A stretch of DNA of 64,000 nucleotides from an uncultured Desulfosarcina sp. Its GTDB lineage: Bacteria; Desulfobacterota; Desulfobacteria; Desulfobacterales; Desulfosarcinaceae. Shown piece by piece: positions 39,252 through 49,051 of the stretch. The number at the start of each line of letters is the position of its first letter. The first letter of the stretch is position 1. The stretch is from assembly GCA_963674945.2 (NCBI GenBank), contig CAXXWQ010000004.1, forward strand, positions 1-64,000. The letters run 5' to 3'. Under the pieces are notes generated by a model, which made no database searches, was not told the origin of the DNA, and saw only the letters and a program-made list of their open reading frames with translations. The position numbers and the translations under genes are program-made.

Positions 39252-40157
39252 ATGGAACAATTTTTCCAGCAACTGACCAACGGGCTGGCCATTGGAGGCA
39301 TCTACGCCCTCATCGCATTGGGCTATACCCTGGTATATGGGGTATTAAAGCTGATCAATTTTGCCCACGGCGACCTGTTCACCATCGGGGCCTTTCTGGG
39401 CCTTTCCCTTCTGGCATCTTTTTCCCTGACGGACAGACTCGGCTTTGCGCTGGGTGTCGGCACCCTGCTGTTTATCATTGTCTGTCTGGTGGGGCTCGTG
39501 GGCATCCTTTTGGATCAAGTGGCCTATAAACCGCTGCGCACCTCCCCTCGCCTGTCGGCGGTGGTCTCGGCACTTGGTATGTCCATCGTATTTTCCAACG
39601 CGATCATGCTGGTTTTCGGTCCCAACCCCCAGGTGTACCCCCATGGTATCCTGCCCTCGCACGTGCTGAGCATCTTCGGATTGCCCTTTCCGGTAAAACG
39701 GCTGCTTCTTTTGGGCGCATCGGTCATCCTCATGGTTGCGCTGTATGCATTCATCCAAAAGACCACCATTGGCGCTGCGATTCGCGCCGCAGCCATCGAC
39801 CAGGATGCCGCGCGGCTCATGGGTATCAATGTAAACCAGGTGATCATGTTGATTTTCTTCATCGGCCCGGCTTTAGGCGGTGCAGCCGGTGTCATGGTCG
39901 GTCTGTATTACGGTCAGATCAAATGGACCATGGGATGGCTCTATGGCCTTAAAGCCTTTACCGCAGCAATATTGGGAGGCATCGGTAACATCCCGGGTGC
40001 CATGGTCGGCGGGTTATTGCTGGGAGTCATCGAATCTTTGGGCGCGGCCTATATCTCCATGGCCTGGAAGGACGCCATCACTTTCGCGGTACTGATTGCA
40101 ATCCTGATTGTCCGTCCCACGGGCTTGTTGGGGGAAAGGGTGGCGGAGAAGATATGA
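39252..40157 (+). CDS. livH: Branched-chain amino acid ABC permease
   Basis: YALIALGYTLVYG..INFAHG, KAFTAAILGGIG, RPTGLLG. Confidence 0.93.
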   Translation: MEQFFQQLTNGLAIGGIYALIALGYTLVYGVLKLINFAHGDLFTIGAFLGLSLLASFSLTDRLGFALGVGTLLFIIVCLVGLVGILLDQVAYKPLRTSPRLSAVVSALGMSIVFSNAIMLVFGPNPQVYPHGILPSHVLSIFGLPFPVKRLLLLGASVILMVALYAFIQKTTIGAAIRAAAIDQDAARLMGINVNQVIMLIFFIGPALGGAAGVMVGLYYGQIKWTMGWLYGLKAFTAAILGGIGNIPGAMVGGLLLGVIESLGAAYISMAWKDAITFAVLIAILIVRPTGLLGERVAEKI

Positions 40158-41218
40158 GCAACGCACCACGCTTTTCCAGACGGCAAATTATATATACCCT
40201 GGTAACCCTTGCCTGGATCATCTCTCCCATTTTCCTGGACAACTACCAGACCGACGTTCTGAACACCGTTGGGCTTTACGCCATCCTGGCCTTGTCTCTG
40301 AATGTGATTTTGGGCTATGGGGGCATGTTTCATATGGGGCATGCCGCTTTTTATGCCATCGGCGCTTACACAACGGCCATTTTATCCGTCCAGTTCCATA
40401 TGCCCACCTTGTGGACGATGCCGTTGGCGGGGTTTACGGCAGGATTTTTCGCCCTGGTCGTGGCCCGACCCATTATCCATCTGCGGGGTGATTATTTGTT
40501 GATCGTGACCATCGGCATGGTGGAAATCGTGCGCATCGCGATTATCAATGATGCGGTCTCCAGCGTGGCCAAATGGCTTAACAGCGGTTTTGTTATGGTG
40601 GGAATGCAGGACTGGGCACTGTGCAAGAAAATCACCATGGCCTCAACCGGCGGACCCAATGGTATTTTTGGGGTGGCACCGCCGTCAATCTTCGGTTTTA
40701 CGATCAACGGCATTGTAAACACCACCCACTACTTTTTCCTGATCACCGCTTTTTTGGCCGTTACCATCCTTCTTTTTTATCTGCTGGAACGTTCCCGGTA
40801 CGGTCGTGCCTTACGCTATTTATGCTCTGACGAGATCGCCGCAGAAGGAAGCGGCGTGAATACCGCCGGGTACAAGCTGAGCGCCTTTGTCATCGGTGCA
40901 ATCTGGGCTGGTATGGCCGGGACGCTGTTTGCCGGTAAAATCACCTTTATTTCGCCGAGCAGTTTTACTTTCAGTGAATCGGTAACCCTTTTCATGATCG
41001 TGATTCTGGGCGGCTCCGGTTACATTCCAGGGGTACTTTTGGGGGCTCTCCTTGTTGCCGGTCTTCCTGAAATTTTTCAGGATTTTCAGAAATACCGAAT
41101 GCTTGTATTCGGAATCGTGCTGGTGATAATGATGGTATTAAAACCCCAGGGGATTTTGCCGCCCAAGCCCCCCAAATATCCCATTCATAAAATCGATGAC
41201 GAGGAGGTGACCCTATGA
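40154..41218 (+). CDS. livM: Branched-chain amino acid ABC permease
   Basis: GHAAFYAIGAY, LRGDYL, TGGPNG, VILGG, PQGIL. Confidence 0.92.
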   Translation: MSNAPRFSRRQIIYTLVTLAWIISPIFLDNYQTDVLNTVGLYAILALSLNVILGYGGMFHMGHAAFYAIGAYTTAILSVQFHMPTLWTMPLAGFTAGFFALVVARPIIHLRGDYLLIVTIGMVEIVRIAIINDAVSSVAKWLNSGFVMVGMQDWALCKKITMASTGGPNGIFGVAPPSIFGFTINGIVNTTHYFFLITAFLAVTILLFYLLERSRYGRALRYLCSDEIAAEGSGVNTAGYKLSAFVIGAIWAGMAGTLFAGKITFISPSSFTFSESVTLFMIVILGGSGYIPGVLLGALLVAGLPEIFQDFQKYRMLVFGIVLVIMMVLKPQGILPPKPPKYPIHKIDDEEVTL

Positions 41219-41985
41219 GCCTCCTTGCACTGGATAACGTGACCAAAACATTCGGGGGCCTTACGGCCGTCGACGATGTCTCCTTCCAAGTGCCCCAGGG
41301 GGCCATCTTTGGTTTGATCGGCCCCAATGGTGCGGGCAAGACCACGGTGTTCAACCTCATCACCGGAAATTACAAGCCGGACCAGGGAAGCATTGTTTTT
41401 GATCGACAAAACATTACAGGCAAGATTACCCACAAAATCGTTGCGCTGGGGATCGCCCGGACATTTCAGACCATTCGGCTTTTCCAGAACATGTCTGTGC
41501 TGGAAAATGTACTGGCAGGTTGCCATTGCCGCATGACCGCAGGTCCCATATCCGCGATGTTTCGACTTCCCAAAGCGACACAGGAAGAGAAAAATAAATT
41601 GGGCAAGGCCCTGGCTGAATTGCGTTTCACGGGTCTGGAGGCCCAGGCGGAAAATCTGGCGAAAAATCTTTCCTATGGCAACCAGCGGCTTCTGGAAATC
41701 GCACGGGCCCTGGCCACGGATCCGCAACTGGTTATCCTTGACGAGCCTGCCGGCGGCATGAATGAACAGGAAACGGCAGCCCTCGTGAAATTGATTTTCC
41801 AGATTCAACAGCGCGGCATCACCGTGCTCTTGATCGAACATGACATGAGCCTGGTAATGAAGGCGTGTGAGTATCTCGTGGTCCTGGAATACGGGAAAAA
41901 AATCGCCGAAGGGACTCCGGATGAAGTCAAAAAAGACCCCCAGGTCATTGAAGCCTACCTGGGAAGCGATGAAAACGATTTTTAA
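41215..41985 (+). CDS. livG: Branched-chain amino acid ABC ATPase
   Basis: GPNGAGKTT, ARTFQ, LSYG, LDEP, IEHDM. Confidence 0.93.
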   Translation: MSLLALDNVTKTFGGLTAVDDVSFQVPQGAIFGLIGPNGAGKTTVFNLITGNYKPDQGSIVFDRQNITGKITHKIVALGIARTFQTIRLFQNMSVLENVLAGCHCRMTAGPISAMFRLPKATQEEKNKLGKALAELRFTGLEAQAENLAKNLSYGNQRLLEIARALATDPQLVILDEPAGGMNEQETAALVKLIFQIQQRGITVLLIEHDMSLVMKACEYLVVLEYGKKIAEGTPDEVKKDPQVIEAYLGSDENDF

Positions 41986-42031
41986 CGACTATGAAAAATT
42001 TGAAACGCAGTTTCGGTTGTAGGGAGCACGC

Positions 42032-42745
42032 ATGCTTTTGGACATTCAAAACCTGCACGTAAAATACGGAAACGTAGAGGCCCTGCACGGCGTCGACATC
42101 CAAGTGGAAGAAGGTGAGATCGTAACCCTGCTCGGTGCCAATGGTGCTGGGAAAACAACCACCCTGAATGCGATTTCCGGATTGGTCAAGGTTTCTCAAG
42201 GAGAAATTCGATTCAATGACGAGGCGCTTACCAAGCTGCCGGCCCATAAAGTGGTAACCCGAAAGATCACCCAGTCGCCCGAAGGGCGCCGTGTTTTCGG
42301 GACCCTGACCGTGCGGGAGAATCTGAATCTGGGCGCATTTACCGCAAAAAATCCGGAGCGGGTGGCAAAAAGCCTGGAGTGGATTTTTTCACTTTTCCCT
42401 CGTCTTGCCGAACGCAGGACGCAGCTGGCCGGCACCCTCTCCGGCGGCGAGCAGCAGATGCTTGCCATCGGCAGGGCGCTCATGTCAAATCCCAAACTCC
42501 TCTTGCTGGACGAGCCAAGCCTGGGCCTTGCACCTGTATTGGTAAACCAGATTTTTAGAACTGTTCGCCAAATCAATCAGGCTGGAGTGACGGTCATGCT
42601 GGTGGAGCAAAACGCCCGCATGGCGCTGAAGCTGGCTCATCGAGGGTACGTCATGGAGGTTGGAAACATCGTCGTGTCCGACACGTCCGATGCATTGTTG
42701 AAAAACCCTGATGTACTCCAAGCCTATTTGGGAGGATCCGAATGA
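42032..42745 (+). CDS. livF: Branched-chain amino acid ABC ATPase
   Basis: GANGAGKTT, PEGRRVF, LSGGEQQM, LDEPSLGLAP, VEQN. Confidence 0.93.
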   Translation: MLLDIQNLHVKYGNVEALHGVDIQVEEGEIVTLLGANGAGKTTTLNAISGLVKVSQGEIRFNDEALTKLPAHKVVTRKITQSPEGRRVFGTLTVRENLNLGAFTAKNPERVAKSLEWIFSLFPRLAERRTQLAGTLSGGEQQMLAIGRALMSNPKLLLLDEPSLGLAPVLVNQIFRTVRQINQAGVTVMLVEQNARMALKLAHRGYVMEVGNIVVSDTSDALLKNPDVLQAYLGGSE

Positions 42746-42749
42746 TCTG

Positions 42750-42882
42750 AGAGCCTTGCTTGAAAACTCCGTCTAAGACCCGCTAACGGTGTTGGGAAAC
42801 GTCTCAAAATACTCACATATTAACTTATTTGCCGTCTCCCGCCTTGTTATCGAACCTGGTCCAGACCTTTCAAACAGGCTCT
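42750..42882. repeat. Degenerate MITE-like element with IS5-type terminal inverted repeats
   Basis: Left AGAGCCTTGCTTGAAA; right TTTCAAACAGGCTCT (reverse complement AGAGCCTGTTTGAAA) followed by TA; 133 bp, non-coding. Confidence 0.55.
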
Positions 42883-42908
42883 TATGGGTTGTCCGAAAGG
42901 AGAGAAAC

Positions 42909-45900
42909 ATGGTCGACATAGACGACGGGAAAATTAGGCAGGCCGCTGTGGACTTGGCAAAAAAATGGCAAGACCGGGCAAACCAACTTCTGACGCGTGA
43001 GGAAAAGGCCATTCAGGAGCAGATGCTTAAATTGCTGACCCACCCGGTTGACAAGGTGGTCCTCACGAAGATGATCGACCAGTCTTTTCGGTCTCACGAT
43101 AACGACCGCGTGGCCGACCAGGTCAACCATATCCTTCGGGATTTCGGTGTACCCGGTTTCTTTTCCAGGGTGGAAAAACTTCTCATCCAGATGTTCATGG
43201 GTCTGGGCAGGCACTTTACGGACGTAAGTGTTCCGCAAATGGTCAAACAGATGCGTCAATCCTCATCCCGCGCCATCATTCCCGGTGAAACCGGCCCTTT
43301 GCACAAACACCTGGAAAGACGAAAAAACCAGGGTGTGCGCATGAACATCAACCATCTGGGCGAAGCGGTTCTCGGGGAAGAGGAAGCCCATCACCGGCTG
43401 ACGACCTATATCCAGGATATGGCCGATCCACATGTTGAGTATATCTCGGTCAAAATCTCCACCCTCTACTCTCAAATTTCTTCGCTGGCGTTCGAGCACA
43501 CCGTAGAAATCCTGGTGGACCGTCTTTCCAAACTGTTCGCAAAGGCAAAACAGAACACATTCACCCGGCATGATGGGACCATCGTGCCCAAGGTCGTGCA
43601 CATGGACATGGAGGAGTATCGGGACCTTGCCATTACCTACGAGGCCTTTGTTCGCACCCTGGACAATCAGGCGTTCAAAGATTACTCGGCCGGTATCGTG
43701 CTTCAGGCGTACATCCCGGATTCCTGGCCCATGCAGCAGCGGTTGACCAAATGGGCAAAAAAAAGGGTGGCCGAAGGCGGCGCACCGATCAACCTGCGCA
43801 TCGTCAAGGGCGCCAATATGGAAATGGAGATGATCGAGGCGCACCATTTCAATTGGCCCCTGGCACCCTATGACAACAAGCGCGATGTGGACGCCAACTA
43901 CAAGCGCATGGTTCGGTTTGCCATGCAGCCGGGAAACATCGCCGCCGTACGTCTGGGCGTGGCATCCCACAACCTGTTCGAACTGGCCTACGCCCACGAA
44001 ACAGGCAAGGCCCTTGGTGTAACCGGCCGGTACTGGTTCGAAATGCTGGAAGGCATGGCCGATCATGTGCGAAGGGCCATTTGCGAAATGTCCGGCGACG
44101 TTCTTTTATATGCCCCGGTGGCCACCAAGGAGCAGTTCATCAACGCCATTGCCTATCTCATCCGCAGGCTGGACGAAAATACGGCACCGGAAAATTTTCT
44201 CCGGTATTCCCCGTCGCTGAAAACCGATTCGGAGGCCTGGAGATTTTTACGAGAGCAATTCCTTTTCTCCTGTGATCATATTGACATGGCACCGGCAGGC
44301 CCGAACCGCATCCAAGACAGGACCTCGGAAAACTTTGCCAGGGACATCGGCACCTGCCATACGAAACGATTTACCAACGAGCCGGATACGGACTGGTCCC
44401 TTCCTGCCAATGTCAACTGGGCGGAATCCATACGCGACAAATGGAAATTTACCCAAGGAAACGAACCGGCAATGATTCCCGTTGTGGTGGCGGGAAAGGA
44501 AATCGTTGACCGGGATCAAAGAGAGGTCATCGACGCGGCCCGGTACGATGAGAAAATCAACCAACGTATTGTATTCTCAAAATTTTGCATGGCGACGGAA
44601 CAGGATGTGGACAAAGCGGTGGAAACCGCCCAAGAAGACCCGGACGGCTGGCGTACCAAAAGTCTGGGAGAACGCCACGCGATCCTGGACCGGGTCGCCC
44701 ATGAGTTGCGAAAGGCCAGAGGAGATCTCATCGGCGCGGCTGCGGCAAACACGGGGAAGGTCTTTACCGAAGCGGACCCCGAAGTTACCGAAGCAATCGA
44801 TTTCACTGAATTCTATCCGCATTCTGCCAAAGCATTCGAGAATATGGCCGGCGTCAAAGCATCGCCCAGAGGTGTGGGCCTGGTGGTAACGCCATGGAAT
44901 TTTCCCATCGCCATCCCTTGCGGGGGCATGGTGGCGGCCCTTACTGCGGGAAACACGGTCATCTTCAAGCCGGCTTCCGACGCCGTTGTTACGGCATGGG
45001 AGCTGGTCCAGTGTTTTTATCGGGCCGGGGTTTCCAAAAACGTCTTGCAGTTTTTGCCCTGTTCCGGCGAAGCGGTTGGCTCCAGACTGGTCAACCATCG
45101 CGGAGTGGATTTCGTAATTCTTACCGGCGGAACAGACACGGGCATGAATATGATTAAAAATCGGCCCGATTTGTTTCTTGCCGCAGAAACGGGGGGCAAA
45201 AACGCAACCGTTGTCACGGCCATGTCGGATCGGGAACAGGCCATTAAAAATATCCTTCACTCGGCATTTTCCAATTGCGGTCAGAAATGCAGTGCGACCT
45301 CTTTGGTCATCCTGGAAAAGGAAGTCTACGAAGATGAACTGTTCCGCAAACAACTGATGGACGCCGCCAAGAGCTATAAAGTGGGCTCGTGTTGGGAATT
45401 TCAAAATAAAGTCGGCCCCTTGATCCATCCTCCGGGCAAAGACCTGAAGAGGGCACTCACCACCCTTGAACCCGGTGAAACGTGGCTGCTTACGCCGAAG
45501 CAAGTGGGGTCCAATCCGTACCTTTGGACGCCGGGTATCAAATGGGGGGTCACACCGGATTCATACACGCACATGACCGAATTTTTCGGCCCGCTCATCG
45601 GTGTCATGGAAGCCAAAACCCTGGACCACGCCATCGAACTGGTCAATCAAACCGGATACGGCCTTACCTCGGGGTTGGAGAGCCTGGATCATCGGGAGCA
45701 GGTAAAATGGAAAGAGGCCATCAAGGCCGGAAACCTGTACATCAATCGGGGTACCACCGGCGCAATCGTCCTTCGCCAGCCTTTCGGCGGCATGGGAAAA
45801 TCCGCCCTGGGTGCGGGCATCAAGGCAGGAAGTCCCAATTATGTCTATCAATTTATGAATTTTACGGAGGTGGACTGGCCGAAAGCAGGACCCATCGCCG

Positions 45901-46523
45901 AAGAATCCTTCCTGCTGCGCATTGCGCAAAACTGGGAGATTGATTTGAAGTGGGGTCGCTTTCCCGAAGATATTGCCGGTGACGTATGGAAAACCGTTCG
46001 GGCGGTCAAGAGCTACCTGTATTGGTTCGAACAGGAATTTGGCCGGGAACACGACTACTTCAATCTTCGCGGCCAGGACAACCTGTTCCGATACCTGCCC
46101 AAAGGAAGGGTCGTCATTCGGCTAACGCCCGAAGATACCCTGTTTGAAACCCTGGGCCGCATCGCAGGGGCCATTACCACCCGATGCATCCCCATGCTCA
46201 GCATCCCACCGGGCCTTATTAATCCGGTGACCGCGTTTCTGGATACCCGACGAGGGAGAAAGTTTTGCAAGGATGTGGCCATCGCCCGACAGACCGACGA
46301 GGAATTGTGCGAATTCATACCCAAAGTGCAGCGGATCCGGTATGCCGGGGCCGACCGCGTTCCCATGATGGTGTTTTCCGAAGCCGCCAAAACCGGTTTT
46401 TATATCGCGCGCACACCGGTCAGCATGGAAGGCCGAATCGAACTGCTCCAATATATCCAGGAGCAGTCAATCAGCATCAATTACCACCGCTACGGCAACC
46501 TGGCCGACCGTGCGGTGGAGTAA
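42909..46523 (+). CDS. putA: Bifunctional proline dehydrogenase / L-glutamate-gamma-semialdehyde dehydrogenase
   Basis: PRODH motifs DMEEY, RIVKGA, ASHN, YLIRRLDEN; ALDH motifs PWNFP, AETGGKN, GQKCSA, EFFGP; RBS AAGGAG before ATG 42909. Confidence 0.95.
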   Translation: MVDIDDGKIRQAAVDLAKKWQDRANQLLTREEKAIQEQMLKLLTHPVDKVVLTKMIDQSFRSHDNDRVADQVNHILRDFGVPGFFSRVEKLLIQMFMGLGRHFTDVSVPQMVKQMRQSSSRAIIPGETGPLHKHLERRKNQGVRMNINHLGEAVLGEEEAHHRLTTYIQDMADPHVEYISVKISTLYSQISSLAFEHTVEILVDRLSKLFAKAKQNTFTRHDGTIVPKVVHMDMEEYRDLAITYEAFVRTLDNQAFKDYSAGIVLQAYIPDSWPMQQRLTKWAKKRVAEGGAPINLRIVKGANMEMEMIEAHHFNWPLAPYDNKRDVDANYKRMVRFAMQPGNIAAVRLGVASHNLFELAYAHETGKALGVTGRYWFEMLEGMADHVRRAICEMSGDVLLYAPVATKEQFINAIAYLIRRLDENTAPENFLRYSPSLKTDSEAWRFLREQFLFSCDHIDMAPAGPNRIQDRTSENFARDIGTCHTKRFTNEPDTDWSLPANVNWAESIRDKWKFTQGNEPAMIPVVVAGKEIVDRDQREVIDAARYDEKINQRIVFSKFCMATEQDVDKAVETAQEDPDGWRTKSLGERHAILDRVAHELRKARGDLIGAAAANTGKVFTEADPEVTEAIDFTEFYPHSAKAFENMAGVKASPRGVGLVVTPWNFPIAIPCGGMVAALTAGNTVIFKPASDAVVTAWELVQCFYRAGVSKNVLQFLPCSGEAVGSRLVNHRGVDFVILTGGTDTGMNMIKNRPDLFLAAETGGKNATVVTAMSDREQAIKNILHSAFSNCGQKCSATSLVILEKEVYEDELFRKQLMDAAKSYKVGSCWEFQNKVGPLIHPPGKDLKRALTTLEPGETWLLTPKQVGSNPYLWTPGIKWGVTPDSYTHMTEFFGPLIGVMEAKTLDHAIELVNQTGYGLTSGLESLDHREQVKWKEAIKAGNLYINRGTTGAIVLRQPFGGMGKSALGAGIKAGSPNYVYQFMNFTEVDWPKAGPIAEESFLLRIAQNWEIDLKWGRFPEDIAGDVWKTVRAVKSYLYWFEQEFGREHDYFNLRGQDNLFRYLPKGRVVIRLTPEDTLFETLGRIAGAITTRCIPMLSIPPGLINPVTAFLDTRRGRKFCKDVAIARQTDEELCEFIPKVQRIRYAGADRVPMMVFSEAAKTGFYIARTPVSMEGRIELLQYIQEQSISINYHRYGNLADRAVE

Positions 46524-46588
46524 TGCAGACCAATCAACATTACGCTAACAACCTGTAATCAAATATCAATATTGGATTTTGTATTCGT

Positions 46589-47494
46589 TTGGGATTTGAT
46601 TGCTGTAATTTAAGTTTGAATGCAATTCGGGATTTGAATTTGAGGGGATACCTGTTCATCATGGCAGCCGCGGTCTTGTGGGGCATCATCGGACCATTTT
46701 CACGTTTGGCGTTTTCCGAAGGCCTCGGTCCCATGGAAGTCGCCTTCTGGCGTGCGTCCCTGGCATGGATTTTTTTCGGAATCCATGCCGTGCTGACCAA
46801 AAGCTTCAGAATTTCCGTGAGAGATATGCCGGTGGTCGTGCTCTTTGCTCTGACGGGAATCACGCTCTTCTATAGTGTTTATCAGCTTGCCATCCGCACC
46901 GGCGGTGCCGCCATGGCATCGGTCCTGCTCTATACCGCACCTGCATGGGTGGTGGTTATCGCCCGTTTTACGTTCAAGGAAATGCTCACCCCAATAAAAT
47001 TAACGGCTCTGATACTGACATTGGCCGGCGTAGTCTGTGTGGCGAGCGGTGGTGGCAGCATTACCGTATCAGGCATGGCCGTATTTTACGGTCTGGCTTC
47101 GGGATTGAGCTATTCGTTGTACTTTATTTTCGGCAAATATTTTTCGAGCAGATATTCATCACCGAATCTTTTTTTCTATCTTCTGCCCATCGGTGCAATG
47201 ACACTGCTCCCCTGGGTCGAATTCAGCCCCAAAAGCCCTACGGCCTGGACGGCGTTGATTTGTATTGCCATTTTGTCTACCTATGGCGGCTATTTCCTGT
47301 ACTATATCGGTCTCAAGCACCTTGAGGCCTCCAAGGCGGCGATCATCGCCACCATCGAACCTGTCATAGCCTCGGTTGTCGCTTTCTTCTGGTGGCATGA
47401 ATCCTTCGGCCTGCTGGGGTATGTGGGCAGCGCAGCAGTACTCACTGCCGTTATCATAATGGTTCAAGAGAGCCGCCGCATCAACTCCCGATAA
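46589..47494 (+). CDS. DMT/EamA-family transporter
   Basis: AAVLWG, LLYTAP, TIEPV; 10 TM helices; true start probably a little downstream. Confidence 0.88.
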   Translation: MGFDCCNLSLNAIRDLNLRGYLFIMAAAVLWGIIGPFSRLAFSEGLGPMEVAFWRASLAWIFFGIHAVLTKSFRISVRDMPVVVLFALTGITLFYSVYQLAIRTGGAAMASVLLYTAPAWVVVIARFTFKEMLTPIKLTALILTLAGVVCVASGGGSITVSGMAVFYGLASGLSYSLYFIFGKYFSSRYSSPNLFFYLLPIGAMTLLPWVEFSPKSPTAWTALICIAILSTYGGYFLYYIGLKHLEASKAAIIATIEPVIASVVAFFWWHESFGLLGYVGSAAVLTAVIIMVQESRRINSR

Positions 47495-48506
47495 AATAAA
47501 CGGAATATCTGCCGGCCATCTTTTTAAAGAATTGGATGATGACCAGGCTTAGTACGACCGCCGCCGTCCAACTCATAACGGTGGACAGGAAAAGATAGCT
47601 CACCGAATAAGCGGCAAGGGAGGCTTGAGCAGATTTTACAATTGGAAAATGAACAAGATAGATGCCAAATGTATTGTCGCTGAAATATCTGACGACGGCC
47701 GTAGACTTGGAAATCTTGATGCCGACACAAAAAAACAGACAGATCTTCAGGTAGATCGTTGTTTGGTCGATTACGGGAAATTCTCTCAAACCTTCGCCAA
47801 ATACATTCGAACAAAGATGAAATATAACAATGAAAGAAGCTGAGATGAAGATTGCCAAGATCGCGTTCGCATCCACAAACGTGCAGATATTCTTATAATA
47901 GAGCGAAATCATCCAGCCGGTCATATACGGAAAAAACCAATAGAAGGGGTGCCTCATGAGAAAACCAAATATGTTGTCGGGAATAATGTAGTTGAGCCCC
48001 AAGCTTGGAATATATATCCTCTCAACGAAAAGCCACAAACACAATAATGAAATCAACCATACTGCCCAGACCCATTTGACGGGAAGTTTTCTGAAGACCA
48101 GCGAAAATGCATAAAGGTAAAAAAGAACAAAAATGAAATAATATATGCCGATTGTATTGCCCGCCACCAAATTGAGGGCGAACTGCTTCATTGACAACTG
48201 CCCGAGCGGTATACTCGTTTTCGGCAGATCGAGGAACTGAATACAAACGGAGCAGAAAAGATAAGGCGGCAGGATACGCCATAGCTTCTTCTTGATGATT
48301 TGCCATGTTGTCCGGTTTCCTTTATCAAAAAGAAACCCTGATGTGAAAAACAGAGCGGGCACCGCGAATCTTCCCATATCCCTGGCCAGGGATATGTACC
48401 AGACCTTCGATGGCGCAAACGATGTCGTAACGGCATGTGCGTAAACGACGAGCAAAATGGATATGCACTTTAACAAATCAATTTCATGATAACGGTGTTT
48501 TGGCAT
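47481..48506 (-). CDS. Acyltransferase-3 family membrane O-acyltransferase
   Basis: IDLLK..LVVYAH, FAVPALFFTSG, RILPPY, YYFI, FGIYLVH. Confidence 0.85.
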   Translation of the reverse strand: MPKHRYHEIDLLKCISILLVVYAHAVTTSFAPSKVWYISLARDMGRFAVPALFFTSGFLFDKGNRTTWQIIKKKLWRILPPYLFCSVCIQFLDLPKTSIPLGQLSMKQFALNLVAGNTIGIYYFIFVLFYLYAFSLVFRKLPVKWVWAVWLISLLCLWLFVERIYIPSLGLNYIIPDNIFGFLMRHPFYWFFPYMTGWMISLYYKNICTFVDANAILAIFISASFIVIFHLCSNVFGEGLREFPVIDQTTIYLKICLFFCVGIKISKSTAVVRYFSDNTFGIYLVHFPIVKSAQASLAAYSVSYLFLSTVMSWTAAVVLSLVIIQFFKKMAGRYSVYFIGS

Positions 48507-48937
48507 CGATTATGTTCGTCCTTTACCTGTCATCACTTCAATTGGGTGTTGCTTTTTGTAAAGCGTACTCTTTTATCAAAGCAATCCATCTTTCAAAATT
48601 TTTCACTCATTTGAAGCGGTAGCCGCCTTATGGGTAAAAAGGGGTTGCGAGACCAAACACGTAACAAGAAAAAACGGCTGTTTTATTTGACACAATACCC
48701 GAAAATCTCTCTAAAGTCATTAAGATCCATGAGAATCGGATTCAACGGCAATTGGGAAAGCCGGTTCGTGGAAAGAAGGAAAAAAGTTGGACGTGTTGTT
48801 ATTTTGTGTTGAAAGGACCAGTTATACAATGCCGTCCGTTATGATGCGGAGGGGACAGAAGCTGGGCGCGGCGGATGAACACATTCTTCCGTTGTTTCAG
48901 GGCCTGTCGAATTGCGATGCGAAAGACGGTGGGAGGG

Positions 48938-48984
48938 CAAAATAAAGCGGCTTCTTGCACGCGTTGGGCGCGCCAGAAGCCGCT
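48938..48984 (-). terminator. Intrinsic terminator of the AttH/CrtC-like gene
   Basis: Minus strand AGCGGCTTCT-GGCGCGCCCAACGCGTGCA-AGAAGCCGCT followed by TTATTTTG. Confidence 0.65.
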
Positions 48985-49051
48985 GGCGTGTATCCTGTGA
49001 TTTTGGATCCACCGCATCACCCCGTTTTCCGGTGTGGTGCGATTTACACCG

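Noticed and set aside
43263..46052. Several long minus-strand ORFs (267, 308 and 163 aa)
   Set aside because: Antisense to putA with no independent motifs.
46550..46640. GATTT-rich low-complexity stretch and weak hairpin after putA
   Set aside because: Irregular, with no repeat-spacer periodicity; not a CRISPR or a clear element.
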